Assembly (NCBI GenBank): GCA_963663815.1
Contig: OY760734.1
DNA from: Vicinamibacterales bacterium
Lineage (GTDB): Bacteria > Acidobacteriota > Vicinamibacteria > Vicinamibacterales > UBA8438
Length of the DNA: 64,000 bases
Direction: 5' to 3' (one strand)
Shown: positions 37,668 through 47,308 of the stretch, piece after piece
Layout of the letters: each line of letters opens with the position of its first letter
How positions within the stretch are numbered: position 1 is the first letter of the stretch
Position numbers and translations under genes: made by a program
Notes under the pieces: model-generated
Database searches by the model: none
The model's input: only the letters and a program-made list of their open reading frames with translations
What the model was told of the DNA's origin: nothing

Positions 37668-38377
37668 TCCAGCATCACCCGCGCCAGGGCCGCGAAGTCC
37701 TCGATGACGAAATCCGGCTGGTGAGGCGAACCGCCGAAGGGGCGCCGACGCCGGTCGATGAACGCGGTGCGCATACCGCTGGCCTTCGCGCCGATGCAGT
37801 CGAACGCGTGGTTGGCGACGAAGAGCACGCTCGAGGGTTCCACGCCGAGCCGCGCGCACGCGGTTGCGTAGGTCGCGCGGTGCGGCTTGAAATAGCCAGC
37901 CTCCTCGACCGAGATCACCGCGTCGAAGTCGAACCCGATGTGCGGCTTCGCGGCCTCGAGCATGTCGCGGTCGCCGTTCGAGAGGATCGCGAGGCGGTAC
38001 CGCCCGCGCAGCCGTTCGAGCGCCTCGAGCACGTCGGGGAACGGCTTCAGCCGCTCGATGCAGCCGACGAGCCGGCGCACCTCGTCGGGCGTGTGGGCGA
38101 TGCCCGCGCGCCGCATGACCTGCGACACCGCGCGGTGGCCGATCTCGCGGTAGGACGTATGGCCGCGGTCGCACAGCGAGTCGATCATCGAGTCTTCGAA
38201 GTGCGTGCGCCGCCACCAGGTGACGAAGCGGTGGGGGTCGCCGCGCCAGCCCTTGCCGGCCAGGAACGGCGTCACCATCTCGGTCAGGCCGCCCTGCATG
38301 TCGACGACGGTGCCGTACTGGTCGAACATGAGGGTCGAGACCTCGCGGCGCAGAGGACCGGCCGGGTCGGCGCTCAT
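37664..38377 (-). CDS. Haloacid dehalogenase type II
   Basis: MFDQYGTVVD, ILSNG, FKPH and FVANHAFDCIGAKASG motifs. Confidence 0.9.
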   Translation of the reverse strand: MSADPAGPLRREVSTLMFDQYGTVVDMQGGLTEMVTPFLAGKGWRGDPHRFVTWWRRTHFEDSMIDSLCDRGHTSYREIGHRAVSQVMRRAGIAHTPDEVRRLVGCIERLKPFPDVLEALERLRGRYRLAILSNGDRDMLEAAKPHIGFDFDAVISVEEAGYFKPHRATYATACARLGVEPSSVLFVANHAFDCIGAKASGMRTAFIDRRRRPFGGSPHQPDFVIEDFAALARVMLE

Positions 38378-38488
38378 CGCGTTCTCCTCCTCCAGTGAGC
38401 CGGCGCACTCAGCGCCGCGCCGCCGCCGCGTCCGCCAGGAAGCGGCAGCAGTCCGGGTCCGCGTCCGCCATCAGGTACGCCGGAGCAC

Positions 38489-39744
38489 TCACCGCCGAGC
38501 CGCCGCCGCGTCCTCCAGAAGCGGCAGCACCTCGGGGGTCGCGTCCGCCATCAGGCGGTTCAGGTACGCATCGTCGTCCGGCCGGCCCGGGTAGTGCAGG
38601 CCGGCCCCGGCTTCGAGCAACAGCCGGACGACCTCGACGTAGGCGTCGCTACGGTCTCGGGCGCCGCCCGAGTAGCGCGCGCCGTGAACCGCCCACCCGA
38701 GCGGCGAGCTGTCGTGGCACGCATCGAAGACGTCGAGCGGCGCGCCGGCCTCCAGCAGCAGCCGGGCGTTGTCGTGCTGGCCGAACCACGCGGCCTGATG
38801 CAGCGGCGTCCCCTCGTCGAGGCCCGTCGCCGTTAGATCCGCGCCCGCGGCGATGAGCAGGACAACGGGGGCGGTGCCGTTCCTCCCGGAGACGTCGGCG
38901 AGCAGGCGGTCCTCCTCGGGATTGCCGGTGCGCGCGCAGCCGGCGTGGGACTCGAGCAGACGCCGGGCCTCGTCGAGCCTCCCGCCGACGATGGCCACGG
39001 CCAGCCGGTCGGCGGAGGCGAGAGTCGTGTCGGCTCCGCGCTCGGCCAACAGGCTCGCCAGCTCGGAGAACCCGCGGCGCGCGGCGTGGGCGTAGGCGGT
39101 CTTGCCGCCCGCGGTGCGCGCGTCGATGTCGGCGCCGTGGTCCAGCAGACGCCGCACCGCGCCGGCGCGCCGCCGGCGCGCCGCCAGGTGAAGCGGGGTC
39201 TCGGCGGCAGCGCCCGCCCGCGCCGTCAGGTCCGCCCCCGCCTCAAGCCGGCGGGCGAGCTCGGCGTCGCCGTCCCGGCCGTAGGCGTTGTCGAGGAACT
39301 CGTGCAAGCTCGGCTCTGCCTGCGCCCCGCCGGGGGCGAGGCCCATCTGCGCGAACGCCGCGAGGTTGTCCCACTCTGCCCACGCCTCGACGAGGCGTCC
39401 CGCCTCGAGGCGGTAGACAGCGAGGTAGCCGATCCGCACCGGCCGGCCGGGGCATGGTCGCCGAAGGGACCGGTCTGGGTGCCCGCGAGGAGATGGCGCG
39501 CGGCCACCCGGTCTCCCTCGGCGACGAGGTCCTCGACCGTCTCCCGCGCGTCGGGGAACGTGAGGTACTCGTTGCGGAGGAACCACTTCAGATCGTCGCG
39601 GCTGCGCACCCCCGGCTCGCCGGCCGCGTCGCTGTGCCGAGCGAAATCCGGAGACACAAGGCCGTCCAGCGCGTCCCAGTCCTGCGCGTTGACGGCGTCG
39701 ACGAACGCCAGGACGATCCGCTTGTTGCGCTCGGGGTCGCTCAT
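38489..39744 (-). pseudogene. SnoaL-like ester cyclase fused to an ankyrin-repeat domain, frameshifted at about 39439-39452
   Basis: The ester cyclase N-part (NKRIVLAF...FPD...VEDLVAEGDRVAAR) continues in another frame (GRPVRIGYLAVYRL..GRLVEAW...DNL). That frame runs without a stop into ankyrin repeats (ETPLHLAA, GTPLHQAA, LLEAGA). Confidence 0.75.
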
Positions 39745-39996
39745 CTCGGGTTCCAGCGGAATACGAGGGCATCAGAGCCGGATCTCGGAACGCGCGGGTG
39801 CGAAACCCCCGGACTGTGACCGAAACCGCTGTGTTCGACCGGCGATGCATCCCGCGTGGCTGCGTTGCTCCTCGGTTGCCTATGCCCGACATGCGCCCTC
39901 GTCGCGCCTTGCCCACGGGAGCGCCTCGGCGCCTCGCCGGCGCCTCCGGGCACGGTGCGCGGGTTTCACCACGGCTCCTATGCCAGACCACGGCTC

Positions 39997-41079
39997 CTAT
40001 ACCAGATAACGGGCCACCGCCGCCTCGTCCCAGTCCATGCCGAGGCCGGGGCCGCGCGCGCTGACCGCACCGTCGACCACCTTCGGCGGGTCGGCGAGGA
40101 CGGCGCCGGCGAGGTCGAGGTACTCCAGGTAGTGGGCCAGCGGCGTCACCGGCAGGACGTGGGCGCTGGCCTCTACAAAGAGGTGGCTGGAGACGGGGAC
40201 GGCCGCCGCCTCGGCCTGCCCCATGGCACGCAGCCAGCCCGTCACCCCCCCCATCTTCATGATGTCGGGCATGCACAGGTCGCAGGCGCCGGCCGCGAGG
40301 GCGTGGGCCATGTCGTGGCCGAACCACCAGTTCTCGCCGGTCTGGATCGGCACCGGAGACGCCGCGCGGATGCGCGCATGGCCGGCGAGGTCCTCGGCCG
40401 GCACCGGCTCCTCGACCCATTCGAGGTCGAAGCGGGCCAGCGCGCGGATGCGCCGCAGGGCCTCGGGCGCGGTCAGCGACTGGTTGTAGTCGACCATGAG
40501 CCGCACGTCCGGCCCGATGACCTCGCGCACCCCGGCGACCCTGGCCACGTCCCACGTCAGATCTCGGGCGCCTATCTTGATCTTGATCGCGCGAAAGCCC
40601 TGCTCGAGGCTGCGCTCGAGCGCGGCCCGATCAGCCGCCGGGTCGACGATGCCGTAGCTGTCGTAGGCCGGCACCGGCCTCGCCTGCCCCCCGAGCAGCT
40701 CGACCACCGGCCGCTGCTGCGCGCGCCCCTGCAGGTCCCACAGGGCCATGTCCAGACCGGACAGGGCCATGCCTACGAGCCCCTGGCGCCCCATCAGCCG
40801 GAAGCGCGCGGCGAGGTCGTCGTACAGGATCGCGGGGCTCGCCGGGCGCCCCCGCACGACCTCCTCCACGTCTTCGAGGAAGGCCTTCAGGGCCCGCAGC
40901 GCGAGGGTGGTGTAACCAAAGACGTAGGCGCGGCCGACCGGGCCCTCGTCCGAGGCGACGTCCACCAGCAGGAGAGGCGAAACCGGGATGTCGCCCGACG
41001 CGGTGCGCAGGGGCCGGGCCAGCGGCGCCGCAACGGCGCGCGCCGTCAGCGCGCGGATGGTCAGGCCGGATTCCAGCAT
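39997..41079 (-). CDS. Mandelate racemase-like enolase superfamily enzyme
   Basis: KIKIG, MVDYNQ, WVEEP, TGEN, MPDIMK, SSHLF and LEYLD, matching the mandelate racemase catalytic and metal residues. Confidence 0.92.
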   Translation of the reverse strand: MLESGLTIRALTARAVAAPLARPLRTASGDIPVSPLLLVDVASDEGPVGRAYVFGYTTLALRALKAFLEDVEEVVRGRPASPAILYDDLAARFRLMGRQGLVGMALSGLDMALWDLQGRAQQRPVVELLGGQARPVPAYDSYGIVDPAADRAALERSLEQGFRAIKIKIGARDLTWDVARVAGVREVIGPDVRLMVDYNQSLTAPEALRRIRALARFDLEWVEEPVPAEDLAGHARIRAASPVPIQTGENWWFGHDMAHALAAGACDLCMPDIMKMGGVTGWLRAMGQAEAAAVPVSSHLFVEASAHVLPVTPLAHYLEYLDLAGAVLADPPKVVDGAVSARGPGLGMDWDEAAVARYLV

Positions 41080-41408
41080 GAGAGGCTCCGTGACACTCGT
41101 CAATCGTCTTCACACGCGGTCGCGGGACGCACCCTCACGCCGCCGCGCCGCCCCGCGCAGACCATACGCCGGGAGGCGAACGGAGGTCAACGCGGGCCCG
41201 CAACCGCGCCCGTCCACCACGACCAGAACGCCGACGGGTGCCTCGTCGCTCTTCGTCAGCCCGGCCGCTCGCGCGTCACGCCGGCGACCCCATGGGGCAA
41301 CCCGACCGAAGCGAAGCGCTCCCGGCGGGCGGATTCCGGCCCGATTTGGCGGTAGACTCGCATCGAGCGGCGCCGCAGACAACCGCGGCGCGGCGGGAGG
41401 CAAGCACC

Positions 41409-43484
41409 ATGACGATTCCCGGTTCGATCTCTGCCCTGCGACCCCAGCGGCGGCTCGGCGTCTGCATGCTGCTCGCGCTGTTCGTCGCGGCCGCGAGCGC
41501 GTCCGGCCAGGACGACGGCCGGCGCCACCTGGCGCTCGACGACTATCTCTCGTGGGAGACGGTCGCCAATCCCCGCATCTCGCCCGACGGCGCCACCGTC
41601 GTCTACGAGCGGCGCTTCGTCGACCCGGTGGCCGACGGCGTCCGCGGCGAGCTGTGGGTCATCGGCGCCGACGGCTCGCGCAACCGGTTCCTCACCGAGG
41701 GCGCCGGCCCCCGCTGGTCGCCGGACGGCACCCGTATCGCCTTCACGCGCTTCGGCGAGCCGCGGGGGTCGCAGGTCTTCGTGCGCTGGATGGACGCGGA
41801 GGGCGCCGAGAGCCAGATCACGCGGCTGGAGAACCCGCCGTCGCAGATCCGGTGGGCGCCCGACAGCGGCTCGCTCGCGTTCCGGGCGGTGGTCTCCCCC
41901 GCGCCCGACCCGGCCTGGGACATCGACATGCCGAATGCGCCGGAGGGCGCCGACTGGACCGCCCCGCCCCGCATCGTGACCCGGCTCAGCTACCGGCGCG
42001 ACGGCTCGGGGTACACGCCGGCCGGCCACCGCCACATCTTCGTGGTCGACGCCGCCGGGGGCACGCCGCGGCAGGTGACCGCCGGCGACTTCCACCACGA
42101 CGACCCGCGGTTCACCCCGGACGGCGGCGGCATCGTGTTCTCGGGCCTCCGCGAGCCGGACGCCGAGTACGCGTGGCGGCAGTCCGAGGTCTACCGGGTG
42201 GACCTGGCAACGCGCGAGATCACCGCCCTGACCAGCCGCGACGGCCCGGACGCCGGCGCCGTCCCCTCGCCCGACGGCCAGGCCATCGCCTACACCGGCA
42301 TGGACCACACGACGGACACCTACCGCGAGGAAGGCCTCTACGTGATGGCCGCCGACGGCTCGGGGCCCCGGGTCGTCGCCACCGAGATGGGGCGCCGCCC
42401 GGGCATCGTGGGCTGGGCCGCCGACGGCACCGGCGTGTACCTGAACGCGCAGCTCCGGGGCACGAGCAACCTCCACTTCGCGTCGGTCGACGGCGAGGTG
42501 CGGCAGGTGACGGCCGGCAACCACATGCTCTCGGTGTCGTCGGTCAGTGCGAACGGCGTCGCGGTCGGCGTCGTGTCCAGCTACCACGTGCCCGGCGACC
42601 TCGTCGCCTTCGACGTGGACGATCCGGGGACGATGCGCACCCTGCACCGGACCAACGGCGGGCTGCTCGCCGACGTGCGCCTGGGCGAGGTCGAGGAGAT
42701 CTGGTACGAGTCGCCGGACGGGCTCGACATCCAGGGGTGGATCGTCAAGCCCCCGGACTTCGACCCCGCGCAAGAGTACCCCCTCATCCTCCGCATCCAC
42801 GGCGGCCCCCACGCGATGTACAACGCCGGGTTCGACTTCAAGAACCAGGACCACGCGGCGAACGGCTACGTCGTCCTCTACACGAACCCGCGCGGCAGCA
42901 GCGGCTATGGCAGCGCGTTCGGCAACGAGATCAAGAACGCCTACCCGGGCGAGGACTACGACGACCTGATGGCCGGGGTCGACGAGGTGATCTCCCGCGG
43001 CTATGTCGACGAGCGGAACCTGTTCGTGTACGGCGGCAGCGGCGGGGGCGTCCTGACCTCGTGGATCGTCGGCCGCACCGGGCGCTTCACCGCCGCCGTG
43101 GTCAAGGCGCCGGTTACCAACTGGCTGAGCTTCGTCGGCACCACCGACGGCTCGGGCTGGTACCGCAACTTCGAGAAGCTGCCCTGGGAGGACCCCGAGG
43201 AGCACCTGCGGCGGTCGACGCTGATGGTCGTGGGCAACGTCACCACCCCGACCCTGCTGATGACCGGCGAGCGCGACCTGCGGACGCCGATGGAGCAGAC
43301 CGAGCAGTACTACCGGGCCCTGAAGCTGCGCAAGGTGCCGACGGCGATGATCCGGCTGACCGACGGCTGGCACAGCCGCAGCTTGCCCCCGACCAACTTC
43401 CTTCGGGTGCAGCTCTACCTGCGGCTGTGGTTCGAGCGGTTCATGGTCGGGGGCGCCGCGGCCACCGACGAGGAGTCTCAGTAA
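41409..43484 (+). CDS. S9 family (prolyl oligopeptidase/acylaminoacyl) peptidase, secreted
   Basis: Beta-propeller repeats, IHGGPH, NPRGSSGYG, GGSGGG nucleophile, GERDLR, and H in DGWHS. Confidence 0.93.
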   Translation: MTIPGSISALRPQRRLGVCMLLALFVAAASASGQDDGRRHLALDDYLSWETVANPRISPDGATVVYERRFVDPVADGVRGELWVIGADGSRNRFLTEGAGPRWSPDGTRIAFTRFGEPRGSQVFVRWMDAEGAESQITRLENPPSQIRWAPDSGSLAFRAVVSPAPDPAWDIDMPNAPEGADWTAPPRIVTRLSYRRDGSGYTPAGHRHIFVVDAAGGTPRQVTAGDFHHDDPRFTPDGGGIVFSGLREPDAEYAWRQSEVYRVDLATREITALTSRDGPDAGAVPSPDGQAIAYTGMDHTTDTYREEGLYVMAADGSGPRVVATEMGRRPGIVGWAADGTGVYLNAQLRGTSNLHFASVDGEVRQVTAGNHMLSVSSVSANGVAVGVVSSYHVPGDLVAFDVDDPGTMRTLHRTNGGLLADVRLGEVEEIWYESPDGLDIQGWIVKPPDFDPAQEYPLILRIHGGPHAMYNAGFDFKNQDHAANGYVVLYTNPRGSSGYGSAFGNEIKNAYPGEDYDDLMAGVDEVISRGYVDERNLFVYGGSGGGVLTSWIVGRTGRFTAAVVKAPVTNWLSFVGTTDGSGWYRNFEKLPWEDPEEHLRRSTLMVVGNVTTPTLLMTGERDLRTPMEQTEQYYRALKLRKVPTAMIRLTDGWHSRSLPPTNFLRVQLYLRLWFERFMVGGAAATDEESQ

Positions 43485-45847
43485 TGTCTGTGACCAGTAG
43501 ATGCGTTGGCGCGGTCGCCGCCGCGATCCTGTCCCTGGCCGGCGACGCCGCCGCGCAGTCGGCGGCCGAGATCGGGCCGCAGGCGGCGTTGAACGCCATG
43601 GGCATCGTCGGCTACGCCGACCGGATGAGCGTGGCGCCGGGCGAGACGATCCGGTTCATGGTGAGCAGCGGGCTGCCTACGTACCGGGCGGAGATCGTCC
43701 GGCTGATCCACGGCGACGCGAACCCGAACGGGCCGGGCATCAAGGAGGAGCTGATCGAGACGCCGGCCAACGGCGACTATCCCGGCCGGCGCCAGGAGCT
43801 GCCGCTCGGGTCCTACGTCACGGTGCCGGACGCGGCGGCGCTGCGTCTCGGCGGGAGCTTCACGGTCACGGCCTGGGTCGCCCCGACGCGGCCGGGGGTC
43901 GTCGGCTGGGTGGGCGAGCCGGGCGCGCAGGGCGTGGTGACGAAGTGGGCGGCGGACCGCGGCTACGGCCTGATGATCGACGAGCAGGGGCGGCTGGCGC
44001 TCTGGCTCGGCGGAGCCGACGGCCAGGTGGCGCGGGTGGCGGCGGAGCCGGCGCTGCGGCGCTGGGCGCCGGCGATTCCGGGCGCGGGTCGGCCGCGCCC
44101 CCACGGCGTGCCGACGCAGTGGTACTTCGTGGCCGCGACGTTCGACGCCGAGACCGGCGGGGTGACGCTGTACCAGGAGCCGCTCGATCTCTACGCGAAC
44201 GACCCGACGCGGGTCGTGGTGGAAGAGACGACGCCGGTGCGCGCGTTGGCGACGCCCGACGTGCCTCTGCACATGGCGACCTACGCGACCGCCGAAGGCG
44301 GCGTGGCCGGACACTACAACGGCAAGATCGAAAACCCTCGCATCTACGCGCGCGCGCTGGGCCGGGCCGACGTGGAGGCGATCGCGGCCGGCGCGGGGCC
44401 GACCGACGCGGTGGCGGCGTGGGACTTCGCGGCGGACGTCGAGACCGACCGCGTGCGCGACACCGCCGGGAGCGGGCTGGACGGTCGCACCGTGAACCTG
44501 CCGACGCGGGCGGTGACGGGGCGCCTGTGGGACGCCACGGAGATGGACTACCGGCAGGCGCGCGAGCAGTACGGGGCGATCTACTTCCACGACGACGACC
44601 TCCTTGACTCGGCGTGGGAGGTCGGCTTCGCCTTCGAGGCGCCGGCCGACCTGCCGAGCGGCGTGTACGCGGCCCGGCTGCGGACGATAACGAGCGAGGA
44701 CTACGTGCCGTTCTTCGTCCGGCCGCCGCGCGGCACGGCGACCTCGAACATCGCGTTCCTGGCCCCCACCGTCAGCTATCTCGCGTACGCCGGGACGGGC
44801 GGCACCGGCTTCCAGCCGATGAGCCTGTACTCGACCCACACCGACGGGAGCGGGGTGACCTACTCGTCGCGGCTGCGCCCCATCACCAACATGCGCCCGA
44901 AGATCGACACCCGCAACCCGTGGCAGTTCATGGCCGACACCCACCTCGTCGACTGGCTCGAGGTCAAGGGCTTCAACGTCGACGTCGTCACCGACCACGA
45001 CCTGCACGCCGAGGGGGCGGCGCTGCTCGAGCCCTACAACGTGGTGCTGACCGGCACCCACCCGGAGTACTACTCGTGGGAGATGATGCAGGGGATGCGG
45101 TCGTACCTCGAGCAGGGCGGCCGGCTGATGTACATGGGCGGCAACGGGTTCTACTGGGTGACGCCGGTCGACCCGACGGGGACGTTCATCGAGGTGCGGC
45201 GGCGCGACGGCACCGAGCACTGGCAGGGGGCGCCGGGCGAGAGCCACCACAGCCTGACCGGCGAGCCGGGCGGACTGTGGCGCTTCCGGGGCCGGGCCCC
45301 GCAGTGGCTGGTGGGCGTCGGGTTCACCGCGCAGGGGTTCGACCGGAACTCGCCCTACCAGCGGATGCCGGACAGCTTCGAGCCGCGGGTCGCCTTCATC
45401 TTCGAGGGCATCGGCGACAACGAGCCCATCGGCAACCACCCGTCGCTGGTGCTCGACTTCGGGGCGGCGGGGTCGGAGCTGGATCGGGTGGACTACGCCC
45501 AGGGCTCGCCGCCCCACACGCTGGTGCTGGCGCGCTCGTTCGGGCACTCCGACGCCTACCAGCACGTGATCGAGGAGGTGAACACCAGCGACTCCGAGCA
45601 GGGGGGCACCGTCAACCCGCTGGTCTACGCCGACCTGGCGTACGTGGAGTACCCCAACGGCGGGGCGGTGTTCTCGACGAGCTCCATCGCGTGGAGCGGC
45701 AGCCTGTCGTTCAACGACTACGACAACAACGTCTCGCGGCTGACCGAGAACGTGCTGCGGCGGTTCGCGTCGGACGAGCCGCTGCCGGGGCCGGCCGCGG
45801 CGCCCTCGGAGGATGGCGCCGGCGCCGACGGCGGCGGCGGCCGATGA
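43484..45847 (+). CDS. N,N-dimethylformamidase large (beta) subunit family protein with LamG insertion, secreted
   Basis: TAATG overlap; signal peptide; GYADRMSVAPGETIRFMVS, GAIYFHDDDL, PTVSYLAY, SLYSTHTDGSGV, TGTHPEY, YMGGNGFYW and GSELDR motifs. Confidence 0.88.
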   Translation: MSVTSRCVGAVAAAILSLAGDAAAQSAAEIGPQAALNAMGIVGYADRMSVAPGETIRFMVSSGLPTYRAEIVRLIHGDANPNGPGIKEELIETPANGDYPGRRQELPLGSYVTVPDAAALRLGGSFTVTAWVAPTRPGVVGWVGEPGAQGVVTKWAADRGYGLMIDEQGRLALWLGGADGQVARVAAEPALRRWAPAIPGAGRPRPHGVPTQWYFVAATFDAETGGVTLYQEPLDLYANDPTRVVVEETTPVRALATPDVPLHMATYATAEGGVAGHYNGKIENPRIYARALGRADVEAIAAGAGPTDAVAAWDFAADVETDRVRDTAGSGLDGRTVNLPTRAVTGRLWDATEMDYRQAREQYGAIYFHDDDLLDSAWEVGFAFEAPADLPSGVYAARLRTITSEDYVPFFVRPPRGTATSNIAFLAPTVSYLAYAGTGGTGFQPMSLYSTHTDGSGVTYSSRLRPITNMRPKIDTRNPWQFMADTHLVDWLEVKGFNVDVVTDHDLHAEGAALLEPYNVVLTGTHPEYYSWEMMQGMRSYLEQGGRLMYMGGNGFYWVTPVDPTGTFIEVRRRDGTEHWQGAPGESHHSLTGEPGGLWRFRGRAPQWLVGVGFTAQGFDRNSPYQRMPDSFEPRVAFIFEGIGDNEPIGNHPSLVLDFGAAGSELDRVDYAQGSPPHTLVLARSFGHSDAYQHVIEEVNTSDSEQGGTVNPLVYADLAYVEYPNGGAVFSTSSIAWSGSLSFNDYDNNVSRLTENVLRRFASDEPLPGPAAAPSEDGAGADGGGGR

Positions 45848-46018
45848 CGCTCCGCGCTCACCCCGAACCTGCGCCGTAGGAACGGTGCTGGCTCGGCGAG
45901 GTCGGCAGGGCGCCCATCCCTGCGCGGCAGGAGTTACGAGCCACCGGAACCCCGACGCGGCCACAGGCTCGCGCGGCGACAACCGGCAGGCCAGGGCTGA
46001 ACGCACGCGAGCGAGCCG

Positions 46019-47308
46019 ATGTACCAGGTCGAGGCATGGTCGGCACTGCGGCGGGCCCGGCGCAACGCGGGCGGGGGCATCCGGTGGCCGCACGTCAGCG
46101 GCACCGTCTGGGCGCTCGGCTTCACGAGCCTCTTCACCGACGTCTCGTCCGAGATGGTCGCCACGGTGCTGCCCGTCTACCTGGTGCTCTACCTCGGGCT
46201 GACGCCGTTCCAGTTCGGCATCGTCGACGGGCTCTACCACGGGGTGACCGCGCTGCTGCGGCTGGCCAGCGGCGTCGCCGTGGACCGGACCGGCCGCTCG
46301 AAGGAGATCGCCCTGGCGGGCTACGGCGCCTCGGCGATATCCCGGCTGGCCATGCTGGCAGCCGGCGCCTCCTGGCCGCTCATCGCCGGCGTGGTGGCGT
46401 TCGACCGGGCCGCCAAGGGCGCCCGCGCAGTGCCGCGCGACGTGCTGATCTCGCTGAGCAGCCGTCCCGACGGCCTCGCCACGGCGTTCGGCGTGCACCG
46501 GGCCCTCGACAGCGCCGGCGCCATGCTGGGTCCGCTCGTCGCCCTCGCCATACTCGCCGCCCTCCCGAACGCCTTCGACGTCGTCTTCGTCGCCAGCTTC
46601 AGCGTCGCGGTCGTTGGCCTCGGGGTGCTGCTGCTCTTCGTCACCAACGCCGAGCGGCCTCACGCGTTGTCTGGCGGGCGCCCAGCCGATCGGCCGGCGC
46701 CTTCCGGACGCGGTGCAACGGGGGCTCTCGCCACGCGCATCCTGCACGTCCCCGGCCTGCTGCGCCTCACCGCCGCCGCGGCGATGCTCGGCGCCGCCAC
46801 GGTGAGCGACGGCTTCCTCTACCTGCTGCTGCAGCGGGAGGCCGGCTTCAGCCCGGGCCTGTTCCCGCTGCTGTACGTCGGAACCTCGGGTTGCTACCTG
46901 GCGCTGGCGGTTCCGGCCGGCGGGCTGGCTGATCGCATCGGGCGGCAGCGGGCGTTCCTCGCGGGCTACGGCTTGCTCGCCGGGGCCTACGCGGCGACCA
47001 TGCAGTCCGGCATCGGCCTGCCGGGGGTAGCGGCCTGCCTCCTCCTGCTGGGCGCCCACTACGCGCTGACGGACGGCGTGCTCATGGCGTTCGCCAGCGG
47101 GCGGCTGTCGCCGGAGCGGCGCGGCAGCGGGCTGGCGCTGCTCACGACCGCGGCCAGCCTCTCCCGACTCCTCGCCTCGGTCGCTTTCGGCACGCTCTGG
47201 ACGCGTTACGGCGCGGGGACGGCGGTCCCCGCGTTCCTGATCGCGCTCGTCGCGGCGATGGCGGTCGCGACCGTCCTTCTGCGAGACACGGGTGGCAGAG
47301 GCGAATGA
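46019..47308 (+). CDS. MFS transporter
   Basis: About 12 hydrophobic segments; FTDVSSEM, DRAAKGAR..PRD.LI, FGVHRALDSAGA and GLADRIGR motifs. Confidence 0.9.
   Translation: MYQVEAWSALRRARRNAGGGIRWPHVSGTVWALGFTSLFTDVSSEMVATVLPVYLVLYLGLTPFQFGIVDGLYHGVTALLRLASGVAVDRTGRSKEIALAGYGASAISRLAMLAAGASWPLIAGVVAFDRAAKGARAVPRDVLISLSSRPDGLATAFGVHRALDSAGAMLGPLVALAILAALPNAFDVVFVASFSVAVVGLGVLLLFVTNAERPHALSGGRPADRPAPSGRGATGALATRILHVPGLLRLTAAAAMLGAATVSDGFLYLLLQREAGFSPGLFPLLYVGTSGCYLALAVPAGGLADRIGRQRAFLAGYGLLAGAYAATMQSGIGLPGVAACLLLLGAHYALTDGVLMAFASGRLSPERRGSGLALLTTAASLSRLLASVAFGTLWTRYGAGTAVPAFLIALVAAMAVATVLLRDTGGRGE

Noticed and set aside
39968-40000. 14-bp direct repeat ACCACGGCTCCTAT at the racemase stop
   Set aside because: A short slippage or target-site-like scar with no element attached.
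40988-43483. N-terminal extension giving a 1619-aa ORF
   Set aside because: It is a shadow frame of the S9 peptidase. The DMFase-like gene starts at 43484 with a signal peptide.
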